Below, in pieces: positions 25,853 to 37,157 of a stretch of 64,000 bases of DNA. Each line of letters begins with the position of its first letter. The first letter of the stretch is position 1. Made by a program: the position numbers and the translations under genes. The DNA comes from Octopus vulgaris (taxonomy: Eukaryota), in the NCBI GenBank assembly GCA_951406725.2, contig OX597830.1:46252001-46316000 (forward strand), written 5' to 3'. Below the pieces are notes generated by a model. It was not told the origin of the DNA. It did no database searches and saw only the letters and a list, made by a program, of their open reading frames with translations.

Positions 25853-27056
25853 ATGAGGTACGAGTGTGTATTCTACTTAATTTTGATAAAATTCTTGCAA
25901 GGAGAATAAGTGTACATTTTCATATAAAATATGCTTTATTGCAGGATTTTAGATTTGAACAAAGTATTGGATATTCTTGAAAATGATGTGGATGCAGGGG
26001 CAATGGATATTTCCATAGAGCCTCCAAACGTTAGTACACTAATTGATGGAAGTTCAGGAGGTGAAGAAGAATGGCTGCATAGAAAATTTGTTAGGAAAGC
26101 AACTTAGTTGCCCCAGCAAAAGCTTATCTCAGAACAACTAATCAAAAAGATACTGAAGTTGAACCTACATCCCTAACTGCCGCTTTTCACCTAACAACGC
26201 CTGTGGATCCACGTGGAAGTCGAAAACGAAAATTATATCCACCAAAGCCATTATCTGTTTGGTCCAAAACCCAAGCTTTAAATCGCAACCTACGTTTCCC
26301 CAAGGAAATTATTTCGCAAAAAGAGATTTTTCTGCAGTAGAACTTTTCGAGTGGTTTTTTGGTGGATTGCTACTTAATCACATTATCAGTGAAAGTATAG
26401 AGTATTCGCTGTATAGAAACTGGCAAAGTGTGACTAAAGAATAGTTAAAAGTACTTTTTTCTGTTTTGATAGCATCAGGCTATAATCCATTGCCAAGTAA
26501 AGTACACTACTGGGCAACCAGTAACGACTTGAGAAATGTGGCTGTGAATGAAGCTATGAGAAGGGATTGATTTGACTTAATCATGAAATGCCTCCATTTT
26601 CAAGACAACAAAAGCTTCAACACAATTGATGAATATAAGAGGTTAAGATCACTAATTACACATTTGCAAGAAAAGTTTTTGCAACATTTTGTAACAACTC
26701 AGCAGATTTCGCATGATGAAGTGATGATCGAGGACTTTGGGAAATATGGATGCAAACAATGCATAAGAAACAAGCCAATAAGATTCGGATATAAGGTTTG
26801 GTGTCAAAATTCTTCTATTGGATATCTAATTGCCTTTGAGCTCTATCAGGGAAAAATATACCAAGGGAATGAGTTAGATGAAATGAATTATGGCAAGTGT
26901 GCTGTGTCAGTACTACATCTTTGAGCAATATCAGGAAAAAAGAGAATTACGCGCGCGCGCGTGCGTGCGTGTGTGTGTGGACAATCTATTTACGTCAATA
27001 CCTTTATTTGAAAGGTTAGACAGTTTGGGTTATAATGCTACTGAAACTGTCATATT
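25853..27056 (+). pseudogene. piggyBac (PGBD3-like) transposase relic
   Basis: Peptides IEPP..L.D.S.G.E, GYNPLPSKVHYW, ISHDEVMI, KQCIRNKPIRFGYKVW and VDNLFTS. Stops and frameshifts; truncated after the second catalytic Asp. Element right end ...CCGTTCATGGG-TTAA at 27746-27760. Confidence 0.88.
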
Positions 27057-27142
27057 TTCTGTTTGTGCGTAACATCTAAAACATAACTATTATGTACATT
27101 ATTTACATTTGGCAGATATTTGTCCTCATCTTGTTTGTTGTT

Positions 27143-27189
27143 AACACAACGTTTCGGCTAATATACCCTCCAGCCTTCATCAGGTGACT
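27143..27189 (-). ncRNA. Minimal type I hammerhead ribozyme motif (inverted copy)
   Basis: Minus strand CAC-CTGATGA-A-GGCTG[loop]TAGCC-GAAA-CGTT-GTG; stem I CAC/GTG. Confidence 0.65.
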
Positions 27190-27604
27190 TTGGGAAATTT
27201 CGAACCTGGGTTCTCATTCCTAAGGTATTTTTCAATATTATTATTATTTTATGTTTGACTTTTGCTTTACATTTGTACAAGTTGGCTCCAAGTCTCACCC
27301 AGAGACCTCAAGAGACAACAAGTTGGAAGTTCATGTTGGTGTTATACCTCGGGTACCAAATATTTGGTTTTGTACATAGTGTTGTTCTAGAGAATGTTTA
27401 AGAAACCATAAGAAAATTATGTTTGTTTTAAAACTTGAGATTACATAGAAAGTATTTTGCGTAGGATATGGGCAGGATATTATTATTATCATTATTATTA
27501 TTATTCAGGTTACTGCCTGGAATTGAACTCGGAAACTTGGGGTTAGTAGCCCATGCTCTTAACCACTACACCATATGCCCGTGGGCATATGGCGTAGGGG
27601 TTAA

Positions 27605-27651
27605 GACATCTGATGAAGGCTGGAGGGTATAATCAGCCGAAACGTTCTGTT
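27605..27651 (+). ncRNA. Minimal type I hammerhead ribozyme motif
   Basis: GACAT-CTGATGA-A-GGCTG[11 nt]CAGCC-GAAA-CGTT-CTGTT, with palindromic AACGTT in place of stem III. Confidence 0.65.
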
Positions 27652-27909
27652 AACAACAAACAAAATGAGGACAAATATCCGTCAAATGTAAATAATGTAC
27701 ATAATTCCTCATCTCTTAAATATAGAACTGTATAACTATTAAGTTCCGTTCATGGGTTAATATAAAAACTAACACAGGTAAAAGATTTCTGTCTCTCCTA
27801 GACAAACACTTTCCAGTAACTCACAAATACAGGAAAAATTGGCGTTCTGTGAAATTATCATATCGTTGCTGTCCCAATATGAAGAGTAACATTACAAGTG
27901 GTCAATACC

Positions 27910-28148
27910 TATTTCTTTATTACCCACAAGGGGCTAAACACAGAGGGGACAAACAAGGACAGACATAGGTATTAAGTCGATTACATCGACCCCAGTGCGT
28001 AACTGGTACTTAATTTATCGACCCCGAAAGGATGAAAGGCAAAGACAACCTCGGCGGAATTTGAACTCACAACGTAACGCAGACGAAATACCGCTAAGCA
28101 TTTCGCCCGGCGTGCTAACGTTTCTGCCAGCTCGCCGCCCTTTACACC
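27910..28148 (-). mobile_element. Young tRNA-derived SINE inserted in the Penelope relic, 20-bp TSD
   Basis: CATTACAAGTGGTCAATACC at 27890-27909 and 28149-28168. CpG-rich, little decayed. Confidence 0.9.
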
Positions 28149-28810
28149 CATTACAAGTGGTCAATACCAAGAGCCTAAACCCAGTTGTAACTGTTGTGAC
28201 CCAGGATCTTGTCCACTTGACCAATGATGTATGATTAAATCTATCATATAAGAGGCAAAAGTTACTGAAACCCTAAACAATAATACAATTGATAAGAAGA
28301 CCCATATTGGATTATATGAAGGTGAATTTAAAAATCGCTATGCTAATCACATAGTCTCCTTCTGACAGAAGGACAAAAGCAAACTACTAAGTTGGCTAGC
28401 TACATGTGGAGTTTGAAATCTAATGCAATACCACATGTGATTAAGTAGAAAATAATTGAAAAACCAATACATTATGTTAATGGATCAAGTAAATGTAAGC
28501 TATATTTAACTGAAAAAGCTCACATTCTTTTCAGATCTGGGATCCCTAACTCACCACAGAACTCTAAGTCTGAAATTTTCAGCAGTTGTAAACATATGCC
28601 TAAGTACATTTTGAAGAACTGAAAAATTTCACCTATATCTGATTAACTTAATATCTTTCCAGCCTTATAATTCAAAGCCTAAGGACGATAACTCGTTCAC
28701 CTTTTTTACTTTTGCATTTTCTGTTTTTTAACCTTCCACATTTTCTATATGCTTCCTTTTCAACCTTTTCCATATCTCCTATCATTCAATTTTTAGTATG
28801 ATATGTGGTT

Positions 28811-28867
28811 TGTGCCTGATGAATATGTTTGAGGTATTTCTCAACATATGAAACTATTAATAGCACA
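28811..28867 (+). ncRNA. Type I hammerhead ribozyme in the Penelope 3' region
   Basis: TGTGC-CTGATGA-ATATGTTTGAG[GTATTT]CTCAACATAT-GAAA-CTATTAA-TA-GCACA. Perfect 5-bp stem I, 10-bp stem II with one bulge, intact core. Confidence 0.75.
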
Positions 28868-28938
28868 TAAAAACATGTACTGTGTCTATTAAATAACATA
28901 TATATTATCTTTATATTGCAGATGTGCGTGCATACATT

Positions 28939-28972
<34 letters not shown>

Positions 28973-30689
28973 GTATGTATGTATATACAGATACTCTATT
29001 GCAATTTAACATATAACACATACAAGAATATGTAGATACAAACAACAATATACAGAAAACCATATAGATACTACACACAGACACATGCCAACCAATCTAA
29101 TTACAAACACACACACACAATCATATAAACAACTTTATACACACACACACAAACCCACCCATGTTTGCTGAAGCTGTGCCATAAGATCAGAAGTCTAAAC
29201 AAGATCTGCAAGATAATGCCAACAGTAAATTAATTTAAACACTCTGGAAATGTCATCAGAAAAACGTTTTCTGGGTTTTCTTCGTTCCATTGTCTGACAT
29301 TCTCTCCAACTTTCCCTCTTGTTTTAGTTTCTGTTCTAAATCCATATTTTAAACACTAAATGCTAAAAAAAAAACAAACAAAAAAGTAACCATGTGAAGT
29401 AGATCAAGTGGTTGGAAGATGACTACTGTGTCATGTAAACAAGATGGTCACAAGTTCATTTCACATTGCAGGAACTGAATTTTGTATAAGCTTCATGGCG
29501 TGTGCGCGTGTGTGTGTGGTTGCAGAACGAATCCTTCCATGTGGAATCTTGGACAAATGTCTTGTACCATAGCCTAGGGTAGATCCAAGCCACATTATTG
29601 GATCTGGGTGGAAGAAAGAAGAACTGTAAGCCTACCAATAATTGAGAATGCCAGGCATGTGTCACACACACACACACACACACACCCATTGTCCCATAGT
29701 GGTTCTTGTTAAGAGTACAAGAGTCTGTGCAATCCTTTGCTGCTTCCATTATAAATACAATGAAGAAGTAGCTTCATCATTCAAACAGAGGAAAGATTCA
29801 TTCCTCACAATTGGAGTGAAAGAGCATCACATGCAATCATGTACATTTGTGTGTGTGCGCATGACATGGGTAAGAGATGAACCAATGCATGTGTGTGTGG
29901 AGAGAGAGAGAGAGACATGTCTCCTCATTTTGACATCACATGATAGTGTGTGTGTGTGTCACTGTCTCACAATTAACGTTGCCCATTTTCAACCTTCTGC
30001 AAAAACATGCCCAGCCATGTGGGGGAGATGTTTTACTTGAAACAGGTGGGGTTTAGTGAAAGGAAAGGTACCCAGCCATGGAAAATCTACTTTGAGGCTA
30101 AACCATGCATCAATGGAAAAATAGCCATTAAAACAATTATATAGCTTATCATCATCATTTAACATCCATTTTCCATGCTGGCATGGGTTGGACAGTTTAA
30201 CACGAAGATCTGATGTCTATTTTAACATGGTTTTTACAACTGGATGCTCTTCCTAACACCTAACAGAGTGTATTGAGTGCTTTTTATGTGGCACTGGCAG
30301 CATTGAGGTGATCAAGTAACTTGCAGGACAAGACCCCACAACTGGATGGTGGGTACAGAGAGACAGAAAAGGTGTCTTGCATTACAAGAGAGACATGGCT
30401 TCCTCAGATGGAGTGGAAAGACGATGAAGATGTAACCAAGAGGGGGGCAGAGGCCATGCAGCCTTGTTGTAGGAGAGGGGTGCAAATGGTGGAGTGGACC
30501 AGGGATTGGAGAGGATGAGTAAGTGGGTGAGTTCATGAGATTTCAAAAGGAGAATGGAAGGCTAGGTAGGGGAACGGAAGGGATTTAGCTGGGGCATAAA
30601 GTGCACAGGTAGGTGGACATGTGAGGGAGAATGGGGGTTGGTGGTGAACATGGGTGGATTGTGGGAGGAGGAGGGTCACAGACATGCAT

Positions 30690-31780
30690 TTTACTTTGCC
30701 AGGCAGATCTTCTCAAACACAGCAGGTCACAAGTTGTCTCGGTCCTTCATCATCTCTGTGAGGCTCAACATATGAAGATAGTTTTTCAGCACTTTGTTCC
30801 CCATCTTCCTGAGTATTCCTCTGCTACAGGTTCCCTTCACACTTAGAGATCAGCAATATTTTATGCAGCTGTTCATATGCATCACACGACCAGCACAATC
30901 TTCCCTTCCACACTACAACTGATACCTCCTGTACTCAAATATCTTTCTCAAACCATTTACACCTTATTGTGCCTGCACTAACATTGCACATCCAGTGGAG
31001 CATTCTGCTTTCATTTCTTTCAAGCCTTCACATGTCCTCTGCAGTCACAGCCCTTGTTTCACTGCTGTGTAACATCTGACAATCTGCCTTTCTTTCTGAG
31101 GGGAAGCATATTGTGACCAACAAAGATAATACCCAGCCGGTTCTCATTCCAGTAAGTACACTTTCAGAGCAACCACCACTGCCGCTAATTAAATCACCTA
31201 GGTAAAGAAAATTATCTACAACCTCCAAAGGTACCACATTTGAGGAAATCTATTTCCTGCACAACTACCACAAACAAAAAATACTTTCTCCGATAACCTT
31301 TCTGTGATTTCACTGTACCTCTTATTTGTCCATAGCTTGCACTGGGTACACCATATAGAATTTCTACTTACACCTTTTCTACAATACATATCGAACAGAG
31401 CTATACCCTTGAAAGGATTTATGATTTGTCTGTTCTCCTACTTACTAAGACTTTGGTCTTTGCTGAATTAACTCTAAGGCCCTCTGATTTCAGACCTTGC
31501 TTCCACACCTGAAATTTCTTTTCTATTTCTGAAATGATTCAACAATAAGAACAAGGTATTAAGGATAGAGGAACTCCCAAGGGCAACCAGTTTTAAATTC
31601 CTCAGTTAGGCCTAGAGATCTATGATACACAAGAGGGGGCTGAGAACCGAACCTTGGTGAACTCCTACCTGCACACTAAATTTGTAGCTGTACTCACTTC
31701 TGACCTTCACCTTACTGAAAGCATCACTGAGCATGGCATGGATGCCTCTATACATATCTGTACTTTATATATTTGGTTAC
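30690..31780 (-). mobile_element. RTE-clade LINE RT fragment, degenerate
   Basis: Minus-strand peptides SVLSPLL, GCPWEFLY and LEVVDNFLYLGDLISGSGGCSESV..RTGW. Confidence 0.8.
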
Positions 31781-31838
31781 ATGACAAACTCTGCCACACT
31801 GTTCTTCGAACATTAACTAGTGGAAGTAACACTATTCT

Positions 31839-32290
31839 ATCATCATCATCGTTTAACGTCCGCTTTCCATGCTGGCATTGGTTGGACAGTTTGACTGGGG
31901 ACTGGTGAGCCAGATGGTTGCACCAGGCTCCAATCGGATCTGGCAAAGTTTCTATAGCTGGATGTCCTTCCTAACGCCAATCACTCTGAGAGTGTAGTGG
32001 GTACTTTTATGTTCCACCAGCACGAGGGCTAGTCAGTCAGGCAGTACTGGCGATGGGTACGCTCAAATGGTGTTTCTACGTGTCACCTGCACAGGAGCCA
32101 GTCCAGCAACACCCTTGCTCGAATGTTGTTTTTCATATACCACCAGCACAAGTGCCAGTAAGGTAATGCTGATAACGATCATGGTTGAACGGTGCTTTTC
32201 ACATGCCACCGGCACGGGAGCCAGTCAGCAGCCCTGGCAACGATCACATTCGGAATCTGCTCTTAGCGCTCCACTAGCACAGATGCCAGT
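31839..32290 (-). mobile_element. RTE-tailed SINE with several internal modules
   Basis: Same family as 12463 and 17252, with repeated ~60-bp GCCAGT...GGTG(C/T)TTTT units. Confidence 0.8.
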
Positions 32291-32484
32291 CACATTATAC
32301 AAACTGTCTTGAATTTGCAAGCCATGTCATGTTACATACTACACCACACACACACACACTATGACTTCACTTCCAAACAAAACACTTTTACAAAAACAGA
32401 CTTCTTCACTGCCTTCCCTCCTACACAACATATTCAAAATGTCTCTCCAAAAAACAGTCAAGTCTGGGGAACATGAAGGCTATT

Positions 32485-32940
32485 CAAAGTAGTCCTCACA
32501 CATGGTTCCAGCAAGATGGGGCAACTGCTCATACCACAAGAGAAACAATGCAGTTGCTATGGCAATGTCTTGGGGAGGGAATAATGTCCCACTACAGCAA
32601 TGTCAACTGGCCTGAAAGAGAGGGTTTACGTCAACAAACCAGAGATCTTGGTGCAACTGAAGGAAGAACACCAATAGAGAAATCAGAGAAGTGGGGTCTG
32701 AAACTCTTGAGGATGTTATGGTGCAAGTTTTGGAAAGAGCATGGAAGTGTGAAACTGAAAATGGCTTCCATTTAAGTGATATCGTTTTTCATGTGTGATG
32801 AAGTGGTGTTGCAACATCTGACTCACGCATATTAATTTCCATTATGTCTTTTATATTATATCAAAATTTCATGCATTTATCTGTAAAGTTAAGGAAGTTA
32901 TTAAAAATTGAAATCCATCAGTGACTTTTGGGACACCCAA
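32485..32940 (+). mobile_element. Tc1/ITm-superfamily transposon 3' fragment
   Basis: WFQQDGATAHT...VNWP motif. Ends in TIR-like GACTTTTGGGACACCCAA followed by TA. Confidence 0.75.
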
Positions 32941-33086
32941 TATATATGTGTGGGTATGTATATATATATATATATTATGTATGTGTGTATACACACACAA
33001 ACACACACAAGCATATATATATATATAGAAAGATAGATGTATGTGTGTGTGTGTATGCATGTATGTATGTGAGTGTATATATATTA

Positions 33087-33089
<3 letters not shown>

Positions 33090-33145
<56 letters not shown>
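33090..33145. repeat. (TG)n microsatellite
   Basis: Pure TG run. Confidence 0.95.
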
Positions 33146-33148
<3 letters not shown>

Positions 33149-33149
33149 A

Positions 33150-34404
33150 CTGGGTTGGCAAGAAAGTAATTTTAGTCTTTAAGTGTGAAATAAAAGTCAT
33201 TTTTTTTACATACAAGGAATGAACTTCAATCGATTATATATTTTCCAATTTGTTCAATAACCTTTTGTCATCTTTTTGATTCCGCGTTCAAAGAAATTTT
33301 GGTACTTATCAGCCAAAAACTGAAGCAAGTGCAATTTCTGGTCATCATCATTATTGAAAGTTTTACCATTCAAAGAATTTTGCAAACTTCAGAATAAATG
33401 GTAATCTGATGGTGCAAGGTCAGGGCTATATGGTGGATGTGACATCACTTCCCAACCAAGCTCCAATAATTTTTCATCAATTAGCAAAGACGTATGTGGT
33501 CTAGCGTTGTCATGGTGGAACACAATTCCTTTACGATTTGCCAATTCTGGCCGTTTTTCTTTGATTGCTTCCTCCAGTTTCATTAATTGTTAACAATAAA
33601 CATCTGAATGGATCATTTGGTTCCTTGGAAGCAGCTCAAAGTACACAGCACCTTTGTAATCCCATTAAACTGACAACATAACCTTTCTTTGATGCAATTC
33701 AGCTTTCGATGTGGTTAGTGCTGGTTCATTATGCTTGGACCATGATTGTCAATGATTGTCATTGATTGATGTTATTGTAGACATTGCATTTTTCATCACC
33801 AGTGATGATTCGTTTAAAAAAATAGGGTCGATTTCATTGTGTTTGAGATGCAGATCACAAATATTGATTTGTTGTGGAACCCAAATATCGAGCTTCTTAA
33901 GGAGTCCAAAACATTTTAAGTGGTTCTCAATTGTTGTGTGTGATAACATTTAACCACTCTGCAATCTCTCGCGCAGTTACATGACAATCAGATTCAATTA
34001 TGGCTTTGATTTGGTCATCAACTTTAGTAGGTCAACCAGAATGTTGGTCATCTTTGAGTGAAAAATATCCAGAACGGAATTTTTTAAACCATTTCTGACA
34101 TGTGTGTTCTGTTAAGCAATCAACACCATAAACTTCACATATCTCTTTGTGAGCCTCAGCAGCTTTCTTGCCTTCATGGAAATAAAAAAGTAAAACATGG
34201 CGAAAATGTTCGTTTTTGCACTCCATGTTAAAATTGACACTGAACTAACAGCTATAAACAAAATTACATGCAATTTGCTTCTGAAGTAAGCTAAAAGTAA
34301 CATCTACCAAAATGTCAAAAGTAAAAAATCTTAACATTGACAAAAGTCATTCAAAATAGTTGTAACTATTTGCGAAAAATGAAATTACTTTCTTGCCAAA
34401 CCAA
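33150..34404 (-). mobile_element. Mariner transposon relic (mellifera-like)
   Basis: TIRs TGGGTTGGCAAGAAAGTAATTT / AAATTACTTTCTTGCCAAACCAA with TA flanks. Peptides MECKNEHFRHVLLFYF, WFKKFRSG, DIWVP, FHHDNARPH and YSPDLAPSDYHLF, broken by stops and frameshifts. Confidence 0.93.
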
Positions 34405-34469
34405 TATGTGTATGTATGTATGTGTGTGTGTGTGTGTGTGTGTGTCTATATATATATATGTATATATAA

Positions 34470-35040
34470 CATCATCATCATTGTTTAACGTCCATTATCC
34501 ATGCTGGCATGGGTTGGACAGTTTGACTGGGCTGGCACGCTGGAAGGCAACACCAGACTCCAATCTGATCTGGCATGGTTTCTACAGCTGGATGCCCTTC
34601 CTAACGCCAACCACTCCAAGAGTGTAATGGGTGTTTTTATGTTCCACCAGCACAGGTGCCATTTGCATGACACTGGGGAGCCTTTACATGACCCCCAGTA
34701 TCTGCCACGACAACAATTTTGCTTGGCATTTGATGGGTCTTCTCTCAAGCACAACGTAAGGCCAAGGGTCTTAGTCATTGCCTTTGTGGGGCCCAGTGCT
34801 TGAAAGGAACTCAGCCACTTTGCCTCATGACACCCAACGTTTAAAAGATGTCCTTTACGTGCCACCAGCACAGATGCACCTAGCTTGATGAGTCCTCTCA
34901 AGCACAGCACATCACCAAAGGTCTCGGTCAGCAGTCATTGCCTTTGTGAGGCTCAAAGTTAAAGATCATGCTTCACTACCTCATCCCATGTCTTCCTGGG
35001 ACTACTTCTACGACAGGTTCTCTCCACAGAGATCGGCACT
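34470..35040 (-). mobile_element. RTE-related retroelement 3' end
   Basis: (CAT)n tail and CCATGCTGGCATGGGTTGGAC core, extending into RTE-like sequence similar to 30710-30840. Confidence 0.75.
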
Positions 35041-35159
35041 TATCAATAACTCTCTATAATTAAGTGGGCCATGTTGTCCGAATCTTGATCTGAATGCCTT
35101 CGCCAGGTGGAGCTTTCAGGTTAGACATGGCCTGGACCAATACTGGCCGAAAGCTATCA

Positions 35160-35292
35160 AAGTAAGTATATACATATATACATATATATATATATATACA
35201 TACTTACTTTGATAAGTGTGTGTGTGTATGTATATATATATACATATATATATATATATACATACTTACTTTGATAAGTGTGTGTGTGTATG

Positions 35293-35328
<36 letters not shown>

Positions 35329-35341
35329 CTTACTTTGATAG

Positions 35342-35378
<37 letters not shown>

Positions 35379-35400
35379 CATACACATATACATATAGATA
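35160..35400. repeat. ~60-bp tandem repeat built on microsatellites
   Basis: ATACTTACTTTGATA(A/G)GTGTG...(TA)n occurs three times. Confidence 0.85.
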
Positions 35401-36179
35401 GATAAATGCACATACATACACACACACACACACACACACCTAAAGCTTGTTGTAAACCTATCTGCCTCCAGCACAACTACTTAATCACTGCTTTCCTAAT
35501 TCCAATTATAAAATCACTAATTAATAGCCTGGGAGATTAGGTAAACTGTGATCTGTGACCTGTATGATGTTGTTGTTGCTGTTGTTGTTGCGTGTGTGTG
35601 TGTCTGTGGACATCAACACAGAGTTGAGACAAGAGAGCCAGCAGGGGTGGGGGGCATGAAGTGAACGGATCATGGCAAGTTGGGTCCTAAAACCTTTTTT
35701 CCCCCATACTTCAGGCATTCTACTTTACTTCAGCCTCATATGACATGGTTTATTACTGGTATTATACCTGGAATTTTTTTTATCTTTCTCTTGTTTTAGC
35801 TATTGGACTACAGCCATACTGGAGCACCACCTTGGAAACGTTTCGATGAGCAAGCCAACTGCAGAACTTATTTTTAAGAGTGGTACTTATTCTATCAACC
35901 TCATTTGCTGAACTGCTATATGATGTGTACATAAACAAACCAACATTGTTTGTCAGGCAGTAGTGGAAGATAAACACAAATATATATATATATTACAGAG
36001 ATGTACTTGCATAGCAGGTGACCTGATCTGACATCGTGTGCTGGAACGAAAACAATTGCAGTGTGGAAAGTGTTTATAAGCCATTTAAGAAACACACTAC
36101 ATGACATATTTATGTGTGTGTGTTTCTTAAATAGCTTATAAACACCTTCCATGCTGCAATTATATATATATATATATAT

Positions 36180-36220
<41 letters not shown>

Positions 36221-36936
36221 GTAGAAGACACTTGCCGAAGGTGCCACGAAGTGGGACTGAACTCAGAACCATGTGATTGGGAAGCAAACTTTTTATTATG
36301 CAACTGCACCTATATTTCAATATTCAAAGAATATTTTAAAACTTAAAACTGAAATTAGTTTCTTTTGATTAGACATAAATGCTCCGGGTGTGTTGGAGGG
36401 AACAGTAAGAAGACGATGAATAAAGACCCTGCTGGGGCCCTCCCTCCCCAAGAATATTCACAGAAAAACAAGCGAAACTACTTCAACTCCTAAGAACCGA
36501 AACCCTGTTGTGGTCCCGGCCAACCAAAAGCAAACTCCTTTATTTTGTAGCACTCAACACTCTATAAAATTATTATTAACAAAAGACCAGCAGAGTTGGG
36601 AGACACAGTGGTGCGGCAGAACAGATCATAAGCACTATCAAGAGAAGTGTCATCGCCCTTAGTTCTATTTTCAGATCCTGCTGAAGTCAATCCTGTCTCT
36701 TATTCTTGTGAGGTTGCTATAATAAATACTACTTATAAATACTAGTGATCATCTAATATTTTAACTTACTCAGAGATGCCATTATTTTTTTAATAATTCT
36801 AGTTTCTGTGTACATACATTTACTCGGTGCTTTTCTCATCACTGCCTGCCTTGGCAAAATCTAAGTTTTGCTGATAAGATCATAATCGGACTGAAACATT
36901 TCTAGAGTTGTCTCCCATATTTGTCAAATTAATTAA

Positions 36937-37157
36937 CCCTTTAGCATTTAAACTGGCCATATCCGGCCAAAAGTATTCTACCTGTTTTATGTTCAGACTG
37001 ACCAGATCTGGTCTCTCACACCAACCCTACAATATCATTTTAAAAATTAACAGCTACCTCATCAAAATCTCATAGCACCAAGATAATGCCTGATTAGTTC
37101 AAGGCAATGTGGATAAAAAAGGATTAATGTTGGCAGAATAATGCAAACACTAAAGGG
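36937..37157. mobile_element. piggyBac-type MITE, family B, inverted copy (221 bp)
   Basis: TTAA-CCCTTTAG...CTAAAGGG-TTAA; reverse complement of 25084-25304. Confidence 0.92.

Larger units (their letters stand above)
27092..27731. mobile_element. Non-autonomous element with ~95-bp inverted arms carrying hammerhead motifs and a tRNA-like head
   Basis: 27090-27184 is the reverse complement of 27609-27704. 9-bp TSD ATAACTATT at 27083-27091 and 27732-27740. Minus-strand A/B boxes at 27515-27580. Confidence 0.85.
27761..28870 (+). mobile_element. Penelope-like element (Neptune-type) 3' relic with GIY-YIG endonuclease and 3' region
   Basis: Degenerate translation IKTNTGKRFLSLLDKHFP, VKLSYRCCPNMK, CNCCDPGSCPLD, SII*EAKV, HIGLYEGEFKNRYANH, LASYMWSLK, CKLYLTEKAHI, KSEIFSSCKH. 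Interrupted by a SINE. Confidence 0.85.
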
